Origin: Craspedostauros australis
Lineage: Eukaryota
Direction of reading: 5' to 3'
Assembly (NCBI GenBank): GCA_030167865.1
Contig: JALAGF010001598.1
Span: 1 to 38,899, forward strand
Length of the DNA stretch: 38,899 nt
The notes beneath the pieces are model-generated. The model did not search any database. It was not told where the DNA came from and saw only the letters and a program-made list of their open reading frames with translations. This document shows, in pieces, positions 1-11,700 of this stretch; the first letter of the stretch is position 1; each line of letters begins with the position of its first letter. The translations under genes and the position numbers were made by a program.

Positions 1-445
1 TGATGGGTAAAGAAACGTGCGAATTATGAGAGTTATTGCTATGATTCTTCTTGTCAGGGAGGGCCTCCCATGCTGCTCTAAGTGACTGGATGTACAGGTC
101 GCATAGCCTGAGTACTGTGGGAGGGGATCCTTTTTGTCAAGGGGTGATGAGGCAAAGGGTGCTGTTGCACGATCCTGTTGGGTGCTGGTCCCTCACAACC
201 TCAGTCTTGTTCAGCCACCAAGATTTTGGCGGGCAACAGTTTGGGTGACTGTGGTCATCGGGACCCTTGTTTTTCCATGACCCAGGGATCCAAGGATTCC
301 CTTCAATGACTGCCATCTGTTCCCAAACGTGGGTTAGGTCGAGATGTGGGGTGGACCAACTGGAATGGTATTGAGTCAGGGTACTTGTATTTTCCTTCAC
401 TAAGTTGGTTGCTAGTTTAGCTCTATTAGAGGAGGTTAGTTGGCA
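1..445 (-). mobile_element. Putative LTR-like/repeat insertion, running off the left edge of the window
   Basis: CpG-poor segment that begins with TG at 445-444 on the minus strand. The reverse complement of 6-40 matches 37649-37683, inside the putative copia 3' LTR, at 29/35 positions. The boundary is inferred. Confidence 0.4.
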
Positions 446-760
446 GTCGCTAGCCGAAGAGGACTTGTGGCTACGAATGCCGAAGACACAACCAAGCACT
501 GACGCAGCGATCGCTGCGATGCCAAAGCACGCCATGATGCATGCTTGATTCTTCATCTTCAGTTGGACTTCGACGGCTTGGGGCTTGTCGTCGCCTGCTT
601 CAGTTACATCATCGCCATTCATGCTGGAGGTGTCGGAGATGTCATCAGAGGCAACAGTGCCTTGTTCGGGATCTATGGCAGCCTTGTCATCACCATTTCC
701 CACAGTGCTCTCGGGCACAGTGCCGTCCTTCTCGTCCTTGCTAGTGCCTTCGTCTGTCAT
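137..760 (-). CDS. Type II membrane-like protein (acidic N-terminus plus one TM helix), probably truncated at ~446
   Basis: ATG at 760, D/E-rich N-terminus, then hydrophobic ACIMACFGIAAIAASVLGCVFGI. Composition changes after SHKSSSASD, and the remaining codons appear to read through repeat DNA. Confidence 0.5.
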   Translation of the reverse strand: MTDEGTSKDEKDGTVPESTVGNGDDKAAIDPEQGTVASDDISDTSSMNGDDVTEAGDDKPQAVEVQLKMKNQACIMACFGIAAIAASVLGCVFGIRSHKSSSASDCQLTSSNRAKLATNLVKENTSTLTQYHSSWSTPHLDLTHVWEQMAVIEGNPWIPGSWKNKGPDDHSHPNCCPPKSWWLNKTEVVRDQHPTGSCNSTLCLITP

Positions 761-921
761 CGTCTCACGATCGCTCGTACCTCAAGTGATATGTGGTAGC
801 TGCCGTTTTGTCTTGGCGGCACAGACACAGTGCGTATTGTCCTTGTCGTGTTTGTTTGCCTTGGATGCTTCACCGAGTTTTGGATTATGAGAGAATGTCG
901 TCGCCCTGCGAAATGTGAAGC

Positions 922-955
<34 letters not shown>
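922..955. repeat. (GA)n microsatellite
   Basis: Perfect (GA)12 at 931-954 with an imperfect 5' extension. Confidence 0.95.
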
Positions 956-1548
956 GCGGGAACCGAAACGCAGAGCGAGAGAACGAGACCAAAGAATGAA
1001 GACCATCCCCAGACAGTGAGATTCACGCCACCTCTCTTTCTCGCCAGTGTTGTCCACACCTTGCCCCTCTTGGAGCCAGACAACGGCGTAACGAGCTTGG
1101 GCCTCACATCGATTGAGGCTTCGCATTTCGACCATCTCGTGCACAATCAGGAACATCTTACTTTCCCAGGTACAGGAGAGCAAAAAGGATGATGGAGCAT
1201 TGATGCGACTCTGCACCTGCAAAGATCATGATGCTGGGCTGCTTCATCAAGTTCTGAAGTGTGGTCTTCCAGGAGGATGGTCCACAGTTTTGCGCGAACG
1301 ATGCACGATGGACCATGGGGCAACTAGTTCCTGATGGCCAAGTTGAGGAAGAACCTCGAATGGAGTTCGTGCCAACCACCCACGGGGGTCTACTTGATCA
1401 GCCACATCTTCGAGTCGGTGACACTCCATAGTTTTGCATTGTTCTACAGAAGGACTCTCTACGAGCTAGAGACACCATACGAGCTGCACCCTGGGAGACG
1501 AAAAGAAGACGACTTCGACTCCAGGTGCTCTATTGGCTGGCCACCCTG

Positions 1549-3571
1549 TTACACGATTTCTCCTCCAGCCAGGCTTGGAATTCCGGTTCGAGAGCAGTAG
1601 GCTGATCCAAAACTGTCGTAATCGGTAGTGTGACGAAGGATCTGGGCAACAACCAGCTGAGGACAGCAGAGTGCCAATGCTGCATCTTCGCTTTGTCCCA
1701 ATGCTGGCATCGTCGGAGGTATTCGGTATCTGGTTCTCACCGATCGTCTGTCGTCACACGAGGAAAGACCACATGGTCATTTTCAAAGGCAGACAAGTTT
1801 GTGAGTTACGTGAAATTGTCGAGGAACAGTAGCTACCACTACCACGCCTTTCACACAGTACAGCGGTATTCCTCCTCGCTCCAATTGGCAAGCGTGATGC
1901 AGACAAGGACACCAAGCCGGCCGGCAAGCGGAGACGACAACGAATGCGGGTGCTCTCTTCTACGGTTCATACCTGACATTGCGGACAACGTATGCCACGA
2001 TGGCCCAGCACACACCGACAATGGCTTGATCGAGTCGCCAAAAGAACCGTGCAGCATCGGGCGCAACGATCACGTCATCACCGGCGGGCTGGTTGATCGG
2101 AAACAGACACAGATGGTCAATTCCAAACACTTGCGAATACATCAGGAGCCTGAACAAGTTCACGGCGAGTGTGGCGGAAGCCATCACCCAGAACCCGTTC
2201 GATTGGAGGCTCGGAGGTCTTTGAGATCGCGCCTGACGAATCTGCCTGCCATCGAGCCCCAAATGGAGTCTTTCGATGATTTGTCCAACAGCGACTGCCC
2301 CCACAGTGGTTGGAAATATGTGCAGGAAAACAATTGAGGAGTCCAACCGCATCCGCAGCCAGCATCGCGTCCATCCATTACGAGTGCAATGTCAGTGAAA
2401 TGCAACATCAGTGTGATGTGAGATGTGTGAGTGCAAACGGCCATACTTCCAGAGTGGCTCATTTTTCGACAGCGTCAGGATTGAAGCGTGGCGTGGTGGA
2501 ATCCACCCACGGCGATCAAAGTGCACACGTCTACGTCGAGACACTGAATACTCTGAAAACTGTGAACTCACTGAGTGGGAAGCAGAATGATAGCCATATC
2601 GAAGGATGGAAGATGCCGTGCTGGAATAGGTCCGACACCAACCTATCCTTCCATCCGCCTTCGAAAGGGCGGAATTTCGGCTTTACCCGTTGCATATCAT
2701 TTGGCAATGGAACTTGGAAGGATTGACCAGCGACGCATCCACCCGGTGGGGTCTTCACCATAAATATCGTGCCATTAACGTGTGCTGGGAACTGGCATCC
2801 CTCCGGCAAATTGGCTGGTGAAACCACTGTCACAAGATCGCGGCTCTGGCGTTGCGGCTGTTGGCATTATGACATGCGTGCGTGCATGGGTGCATGCGTG
2901 AATGAGTGCATGTACGTATGAATGAGAAAGGCATCACCAGATGGAGTCGGCGTCGAGTGTGTACAAGTGTGAATTGGAAGAAGATCATCCAAGAAGAGAG
3001 AAAAGAGAAGGTAGCGATATTAGTACGATGGGAGAGTTATTGAAAGGAGGAGCATGGAATCATGTCACAAACTACTCCAGAATACATGTAAATTGCCGCG
3101 CCATTCTCAAGTCTCTGGGCATTCACTGCAACCAGATGAGGAGCGATGCGATGTGGTGATTGAGATGGAATGCTGTTCCCTCAGAGAGAAGATTAGAAGT
3201 TGTTTTCATGGCGACTGAGGGAGGAAAATAGCTAGTATCCTCCCTATGAACCAGCCACTCTAAATCTCTGAGCAAGTATCATCGAGAACATGGTGCACTA
3301 CGCCGCTTCACACGACGGCGCATCGCAGACCACAAACGCTCCAATTCGGGATTTGCACGGGAGAGGAGTAAAGTCGACACCCATGCCGCTATCCCGCTCC
3401 ATCCGCCAGGACAAGCAATCACGTTTGTCCTTTCGCGCATACCTGACTGTCATCAGTGTGCTGCGGCTGCTGCGTTTCTGGTGAGACATCGCTGCCGTCT
3501 TTCAGCAGCTCCTGCTTTTCTTCATCATCGTCCAAACCTTGTTGGTGTTCCATGAGATTGCTCTGGTGCAT
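1549..3571 (-). CDS. PLAC8-family (Cys-rich, PCR/FW2.2-like) membrane protein, 4 exons, ~311 aa
   Basis: Exons 3571-3443, 2857-2572, 2294-1973 and 1747-1549 are joined by GT-AG introns with compatible phases. Motifs: GGWKDRLVSDLF..WLSFCFPLIAVGQIIERL and VRTRYRIP..EDAALALCCPQLVVAQILRH. Exon 1 and the start codon are less certain. Confidence 0.8.
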
Positions 3572-3702
3572 GGGTTGTGGGATTTTCACGAGGAGACGAT
3601 GATGATGGTGATGTGAGGCACCGGACGAGTGGTTGAGGGGAGGTGATCGCGTCCCGTCGCAGCGAGATGTGGTGAGATGCGTGTTGGGAGATCTCTTTGT
3701 AT

Positions 3703-3753
3703 TGGTGGTTGTGGTTGCTGTTGTTGCTGTTGTTGCTGTTGTTGTTTGTTGCT
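3703..3753. repeat. Imperfect (GTT/GCT)n trinucleotide tract upstream of the PLAC8-like gene
   Basis: ggttgctgttgttgctgttgttgctgttgttgtttgttgct read directly. Confidence 0.8.
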
Positions 3754-5669
3754 GTGCTGTCTTTGCTCGGTCGAAAATCCGAACACGACGACCACTGGAT
3801 CCACCAGAGTTTTTGTTTGTGCGGGATTCGATGCACATCCCACATCCGAGCTATCGGATAAAAGTACAAGAACAACAATTTAGTGAGTTCCAATTGAAGA
3901 AATTGCTTCGAAGAACAACGAATATTCGAACAGACAACAAGTTAGACAGACATATCCCAAAGAAAGACGATCAAACATACTCCTTCAAACTGACAGACAC
4001 CAAACAGGTGATCGCGGAACCGCAAATGACTTTGATTCACTTCGCCGCGCCACCTCACCATCCTTTGTTTGAGGGCGGATGGAGGAACCAACTATTAGTA
4101 AGACGTAAGTGCGTAAACGAATGTTCTGCATGAGTATTATGAGCTTGTGTGGCGCTGTGGTCGATGGTCTGTTTGCTGTTGCTGTTTGCTATTTGTTCAC
4201 GTACGTATGTGTGTGAGTCGCGTGTGCTCTGTGCATACATGACTCATGTTCTAGTACCAACAAGAAAGGCGCAAACTGCCACTGGCCTTGTGATCAACAA
4301 GCCGGGCATGCCTCAGCCAGTGTCACCTTTGATGCCAGACCTCTGTTGGAAATCCGGGGTGGTGGTGATAGTAGAAAGCTAATTGTTTGTTAGAATCTAC
4401 TTCTCTGAACTGTGAGCTCTTCATTGCTCTCAACTTCCAAGTTCGATCTCCTTCTGAGACCTCCATGGATCCATCTGTTGGTTTAGCATGCATCCATCTT
4501 CAATTCATCATGAATTCATCATGGGCATGCATGCACCACTGAGTGCCCCATGTCCATGTACTCAACATGCTGTCCTCCTTCTGATAGTTTCATTGGCTTA
4601 GACATTGTTGAGTCACAGGCATCACCTGGCTCATTCCATTCGATCAGATCGCAATCTCTCGCTCGTCACATAGAACAGCTTGGGTGGGAGCTTTCTTAGC
4701 TCCTCATCATCGCACATCTCCGATCATCTCCGATACCTCTCCAATGCTTCTCCGATCACCTCACCAACACTTCACCAATCCTTCGCCAGTTCGTCATCAG
4801 TGATCCGTTCACAGGCCATCTCACTCTCCGTGGCATCGGTCTGTCTCGAGTACTCTTTTCTCATTGCTTGCGACATGGGGGCCATACTCGCGTGTGTCGT
4901 GATGTTGGTCACGATTCCAGCATCCCTGCTCCCTGCGACATGCACATGTGATTCGAATTCCCGCACTGAGGTTACAAACGCCAAAGTCCGGTTTGCATTC
5001 GGCACGTGGCATTCTCCACCACAAGAAGCGTGTAGCTCACATTTTCTGTCACAAAGATCCAAAGGTGATAGTTGCGGTAATGTATCGTTTTTCAACATTC
5101 TACTCCTTACTCTTGGGAGGTGCGGCAATGTGGCGTTTCAGAACACCCGATTCCTGACAACCGACTCCACATCCCTTGTACCCCCTGACCTGTTTTGTTG
5201 GAAAATGCGTTATGTCCGAAGCTTTCGTCGGTTGGTAGTCGCATTTGTTCTATTCCTGATCCGCCTCCAAATCGCCAAGGTGTTCCTGCGATGCATCTCC
5301 ATCCATTTGCAGCTTTTTGCGCCTCGACGAGCTTCGATGATGCGGCCAATGCTTGTTTGTATTCAGTGAGACGGTCAAGGACTATTCGAAGCAGGCGAAG
5401 CAACAGGAGCAATGTGGGTGGCATTGCCCCAGTTTCAAGTGATTGCACGAGTCTTCAAGATAGCCAGTATTGGAAAACAGAAGCACGCGCACCTGCGGTC
5501 GAGCCTCGGCAATAGACTCCACTCACAAATCCGAAAACACAACAACTGAAAAAGCAATTCAACAACAACATCGCCAAGAGCAAGCGTCCAAGCAACCAAT
5601 CTATCATACCAATCTCACAAACAAAACAAAACAAAACCAAGAACAAAGGCCAAACCGAAGCTCACCAAC

Positions 5670-7981
5670 ATGACTACTCCAACCGCCACTACGAGTAACG
5701 ACATCGAGATTGCCATGGCTCCTTCCATCAAGAAATCTGACATCGTGCCATCCAAGACGCAATCTCCTCTCATGGAGTCCTCCGTCTTCAAGTTTCGCGA
5801 TGTCAACTTCGTCGTCGGCAGCGGCGACAAGAAGAAGCACATCCTCGAGAATGTCAGCGGCAAGGTCAAGCACGGTCGTGTGCTGGCCATCATGGGACCT
5901 TCCGGAGCAGGAAAGACCACGTTGATCAACGCATTGACGTTGGATGCCTTCTACGGCGAGCCGTCGGGATCCGTCACCCTCAATGGCGTGCCGTTGTCTG
6001 GCAAGATCTTCAAGAAGCATTGCTTCGGTAAGTGCATGACTGATTTGCAGCGGCACAATATCATACCCTCCAGCGACTCGATTCCTCGTCCTCTCACTCT
6101 TGTTGTAATTATATTAATTTGTTGTCTGCCAACCATGCTCGCCACGCCCCACCTAATCGACCAACCAAAAAATGAATCAACGAATTGTCTGCAGTCGTCA
6201 AGCAACAGGACAAGCACTGGCCGTACCTCACAGCTCGTGAGAGCTTGATCTATGCTGCCGGGTTGTACGATGTCGGCACACCACAGACGATCCCGAATAT
6301 CGTCGATCGCATCATCGAAAAGATGGGTCTCAACATCTGCGCAGACACGCGTTGTGCGCGCCTCAGTGGCGGACAGCAGAGACGTCTGAGTATCGCCGCT
6401 GCCCTGCTCAAGCAACCAACCCTCCTCTTCCTTGACGAACCGACCAGCGGATTGGATGCCGCAGCCGCATCCAACATCATGTTAGAGATCTCTCGTGTTG
6501 CCAGAGAGGAGAACCTCATCATCGTGTGTACCATCCATCAGCCATCCACCAAGGTGTACAACGGATTCGATCAGGTCATGATCATGAGCCGCGGCCGCCA
6601 GGCCTTTTCGGGTGATGCCGACGAGGCCGCACCGTACTTCGACCGTATCGGGTACCCTCTCCCAGATGCTACCAACCCGGCCGAGCACTTCCTCGACCTA
6701 GTTAACTCCGATTTCTCCGGCGAGGAAGATGTGGAGAATATCCTCAATTTGTGGGATCAGCACAAGTCCAAGAACGCTTCGTCTCACGGCGGATCCACGC
6801 ATGGAACCGAGCGTCTCGACGATGATGAAGATGGCGACGAAGCTGTGGGCATCGAGAAGACCAAGGGCACCAGTTTCTCATCCCAATTGAGCATCATGTT
6901 CAAGCGCCACTTCTCGCTCACCACCCGCGACCCAATCCTCTACCTTGGACGTTGCTTGATCTTTCTCAGTACGTGCATGGTTTTTGGCTTCGTGTACTGG
7001 AACGCCCGCGACAACGAAGCCGACCAGCTGTACAGCAAGATGTGGGTTCAGATCTGGTACGCAGGCGTCCCAACAAACAGTAAGTACAGCATTGCATTCG
7101 ACAGATGGATGGATGGATGGATGGATGGATGGATGGGCATTGCGATTGCATGAAGCTTGCGACTGAGGGGAGTTCGAAATGGAGCGGGAGACGCAACGTT
7201 TTGGGATGCTCATCAACACCATGGTACTGTTCAGATCAATATGCTCACACCCACACCCTTGCAATGATATCCGTCTCCATTCCAACAACGTTATCATTTT
7301 CACCGTCGCAACAAACCGTCTTCTGCTTCGTTCTCAATCACAGTGGGAGTCGTGGCCGTGTACGCGCTCAATGATGAGTTCAAGTCCATCCAACGTGAAT
7401 CACAGAACGGAATGGTCTCCGCCGGTACCTACGTCTTCGCCAAGTCCATCCTCGTGCTGCCGATCTTCATCCTCTTCGCTGTCTTCTCGCTTCTGATTCC
7501 AGGATACCTCATTCAAGATCTGCCATGGGAATCATTCGGCATCCACATCGTTCTCTACGCCGCACTCATGTTCGTCTTTGAGAGCGTCGCCGAGGCTCTC
7601 TCCGTAATGTTTGATGATCCAATCATCGGCATGCTCCAGTTCATGAATTTCTGGTTTGGCAGCTTCCTGTTCGCCGGATTCCTCATCCCAGAATCCGATC
7701 TCTACTGGCCATTGAAGCTGTTCTACTACATCATGCCGTATGGATACTACGTCCGCAGCACTATGTACACCCTCTTCCAAGACACTGACTTCGATGGCGA
7801 CTTGACATCTGACCAGGCATTGGATGAGCTGAACCTGGTCTTCCCCGTGGTGAAGAACGAAGATACCGTCGGACAGGACATCGCCATCTTGCTGGCCATC
7901 GGTGGTGTGTACAAGCTCATGTACATCGTGGCCGTCATGGTCAAGACCCGTAAGGTCTCCAATATCGAGGTAGCCAAGTAA
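5670..7981 (+). CDS. ABC transporter G family (White/BCRP-type half transporter, NBD-TMD), 3 exons, ~626 aa
   Basis: Walker A GPSGAGKTT, signature LSGGQQRR, Walker B LLFLDEPTSGLD, TIHQP and NPAEHFLDL, followed by a C-terminal multi-TM domain. Introns 6028-6194 and 7080-7343 are GT-AG and keep the frame. Confidence 0.95.
7104..7136. repeat. (GATG)8 tetranucleotide microsatellite in ABCG intron 2
   Basis: gatggatggatg... read directly. Confidence 0.95.
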
Positions 7982-8744
7982 AGGACGTTTACCCTACATA
8001 TAGAAGTTGATAATGTCATATTGCTTGCAGTCCGTTCCACTTTGCAGAAAGTGCCCAGACTCTCATCGAAGAGCTGCAAGTCTCCATCAACGGAGTTTTC
8101 TCCTACTCTCCCACATGCAGTTCAAGAAGTGTTTGCATGTGGAGGTACAGGTAAAATGTCTCTGTCTGGAGAGTACAGTACTCTGTGTTGACACCGCGAT
8201 CCTGACAGCACTGTAGGAACGATGTCTTTTCTGATCTATACACGTCGATTGCCTAAGACATGTCTTCGTTATGTCGTATACGACAACTACTTTGTTTGAC
8301 TCATCCGAACGGATCTGGAATGAGGGCATCGCGTTCGGTCATCATCGCCTTCGCTGTTCTGCTTGGTGCCGTACATTTCCTTGACGAAACCAGGCTCGCC
8401 TTGTTTGGATCATCTTTTGTCCACTGCGCAACGATCTGCTTCCGCCGCTGTCTCTGCCACTGTCTCTGCCTCTGCCTCTGTTTGGACCACAACATCAAGA
8501 TCCCTGCTCGTTGAAAGCAAGAGAGGAGCACTTGCGTTCCACCATACCAGCACCTAGTCGCAGAGATCTCATACACTCTAATACATTCACAACACAAGGA
8601 CATAGAGGGCCGACAATCCATCGCCGAACCATCTCCCTTGACATAGTCGCTGTCGATTTTGAATTGTGGCAGGACACCCACTGATACCACTGGTGCCTTC
8701 TTCGAAGCCATTTCGCTTGATCTATCACTCTTTGAGCTTCCAAC

Positions 8745-11700
8745 ATGAGCAACAACGCGGCCAAGAAGGGCAACCGCAAGGAGGTGTGCCACTATGTCGT
8801 GACATCGCATCCGCCAGGCGCCGTTCATTGCTCAGTGAAATGCAACTTCACAGCACCCGATTCACAGGTACGGACACGCACACGCATATGGCACATGTGT
8901 ACGCCGATCATTGTATTCGGTGGCACCGTCAGCCACCACGCGATTCGTCCTGCATCGAGCTGCATTGCACTTGTATTTTTGGTGTTTGTATTGCATGTAC
9001 TCTGTTGAACATTTGTGCATGCGACACGATGCGACACGATACGATACTTCGTCCAAACGTGCTCTGCTTGTTCTAACCCTCATCTCCTTCCCCAAAATGT
9101 CTTCGTCTCGTTCAATGGCGTACTATTCTCTGTGGAAACCAATTGGCCGACGCATGCATCCACAATTCCAATGGGCTGATGAAACCGCACTTGACGACAC
9201 ACTCTGCAGGATGTCATCATCGCGAAATCGCGCCGTTTGGAGATACGTCAGCTCAAGGCAGTCGATGCCGAGGATGCCATGGTGGACGGTGCCGATTTCG
9301 AGAGCAACCCGGACTTCTTCCATTCGCCCTTCCCTGTGACCTTCACGGTGCCGATCAACGGAAGAATCACCGTGCTCAAAGCATTCCACGTCCCGACATA
9401 CCCGATGGCATTTCTCTTCATCCTCACCGACGACGACCAATACGCCGTCGTCAGCTACGATCCCACTTACACGGCCACCGATGTTGGGAATCCGTATCCC
9501 ATCCGCACCCTCCTTTCAGAATCGTTGCATGGTGAGGCCTGGAACATACTGGGCAAAGCGGCCGAATGCGGACCGTTGGTTGCGGTGGATCCGCACAATC
9601 GTTGCATCGTGCTTCACATCTTTGATGGTTTGCTGACGGTCCTTCCGATCGCGCAGACCTACGTTCCACCCCAGTCGAGGGCAGCAGGCGGTGGCAGCTA
9701 CGGTCGGACGAAGTCGGATGGCGGTAAATTGCGTACATCCTCGTCCGCGTCAGGAAGTACCGTGCTGGAATACCCGTTCCACGCACGAATCGAGGAACAC
9801 ACCGTGCTCAGTCTCGCCATGCTGCATCATTTCGATTCCGTGTCGACACCGCCGCACGTCTGCATCCTCCACCAGGATTCGCGGGGAGCGCAGCATATCA
9901 CGACGCACTGCGTCGACCTGTCCAAAAATCAGATGTGGTTCCTCACCGGGCAGGGAGGCGGATCGTCTTCCTCAGCACCGCCGACCTGCGAGTGGCTCAA
10001 GAAGTCCAGAATTGATGGCGGTTCCAGCCTCCTCATCCCTGTGCCTCCCAGGATGGCCACTCCGCCGCCTCCGGTGGCAGGAGCTCCCCCTGCATCGAAC
10101 GAGCAATACCAATCCCAGCCTCCCGGACCGTGCGGCGGGGTTGTTATCCTGGGCCAGCGACAGATCACGTACTGTGGCCATCATCATTACAAGGTCATGC
10201 CGATACCACCGGCGCTGCTCTTGTCGTGGGATTTCTTGCCTTCGGACGTGTCTGGTATGCCCAGGTTCCTTCTCGGTGACGAATTCGGCAACCTCCACAT
10301 GCTGACGTTGGTGACATCGGAACAACAGCCCCAGTCGGTCATCGCGCTTCAGCTCGATGCCCTGGGCTCGTGCACGCTGTCCAGCCAGCTCACGTATCTC
10401 GACCAGGGCTTGGTCTTCGTCGGATCAGAGGTGGGCGATTCGCAACTGATACAGATACACGATGAACCCATCGCGCTCATGGAGGACACCCTCGAGGAAG
10501 ATGAGGATGGGCACATGCATCCGCCGGTGACAGCGTCGCCTGAGGACGATCTGGATCTTGGCGAGACCACCTACCTCAGCGTCGTGGAGGAGTACACGCA
10601 TTTGGGACCGATCGTCGATTTCGATCTGTTCCCCACAACACCCGGGGCCTCCATGTCGTCGAACGCAAATGCGGCGATGGGCGCGTCAGACGCCGGCGCT
10701 GGTGGAAGTGACGGCAAGACAGGCGCCGAGTCCATGGAGTCAGCATCGACAATGCCAAACCAGCAGCAAAGTCAGGGATATCAGCAGTGCCAGGTCGTGA
10801 CTGCGTCCGGGTGCAGCAAATCCGGCAGCTTGCGAGTTATCCGCAATGGCATCGGCATGAACGAATATGCCAGCGTGGAGTTGAGCGGGATACAAAATAT
10901 GTGGTCGCTGCGACCATCCTTTGATGCCACCCACCATGCCTACCTGGTGCAATCGTACGTCGGCGAAACAAGAGTGCTGGGTGTGAGCGGAGGTGACGCG
11001 GAGGAAGATGGTGGCGAAAATGAATCCAAGATGGACAACAGCGCTGGAGATGCTGGTGAAGGCGAGGAGGAGGAGGAAGAGGCTGGCGGGACGCTGGAGG
11101 AAGTGCAGCTGCCGGGCCTCGAATCCGATGCCTCCACCCTTTACGTTGGCAATGTGATCGGTGACCTCTTCCTGCAGATAACGGAGTCGCAAATCCGGCT
11201 GGCAAGTCAGGTGGGAGAAGTGCTCGATATCTGGAACCCGCCCAACGAAGATGAGCAGATCCAACCATCTCCCATCACCGTCGCAGCAGCGAATGAAGAT
11301 GGACAGATGGCGATCGCACAGCGCGGAGGCGTCGTCTTCTACCTGGATGTTCAGGACCGCTCCATCCAACAAATCCACAAGCGGCAAATGGACAAGGAAG
11401 TCAGCTGTATGAACCTTAACCCGTTCGCCTCAAAGAAGCAGGGAGCAGCAGCAGAGGCCTCAACGTATGCGAGGAAGGATTCGGCTGGAGACGCCATGGA
11501 GGTCGAAGGATCAAACTCGCCTTGCCGCAGTGAATTCCTCGCGGTGGGGCTGTGGGACGATTTTACCGTCCGCTTGCTATCATTGGAGGCGAGTCTTCAC
11601 GAACTGGTCAACATCCATCTCGACATCGAAGACGAGGATGAGGATCACGAGGACGCGGCGCAAAAGGCCATCGCGGACATGCAAAGGCGCAACCGCAACA

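Noticed and set aside
8301..8828. 175-aa minus-strand ORF next to the DDB1 start
   Set aside because: It overlaps DDB1 exon 1, its first ATG is only ~35 bp from the DDB1 ATG, and its QRQR tract comes from a hexamer repeat.
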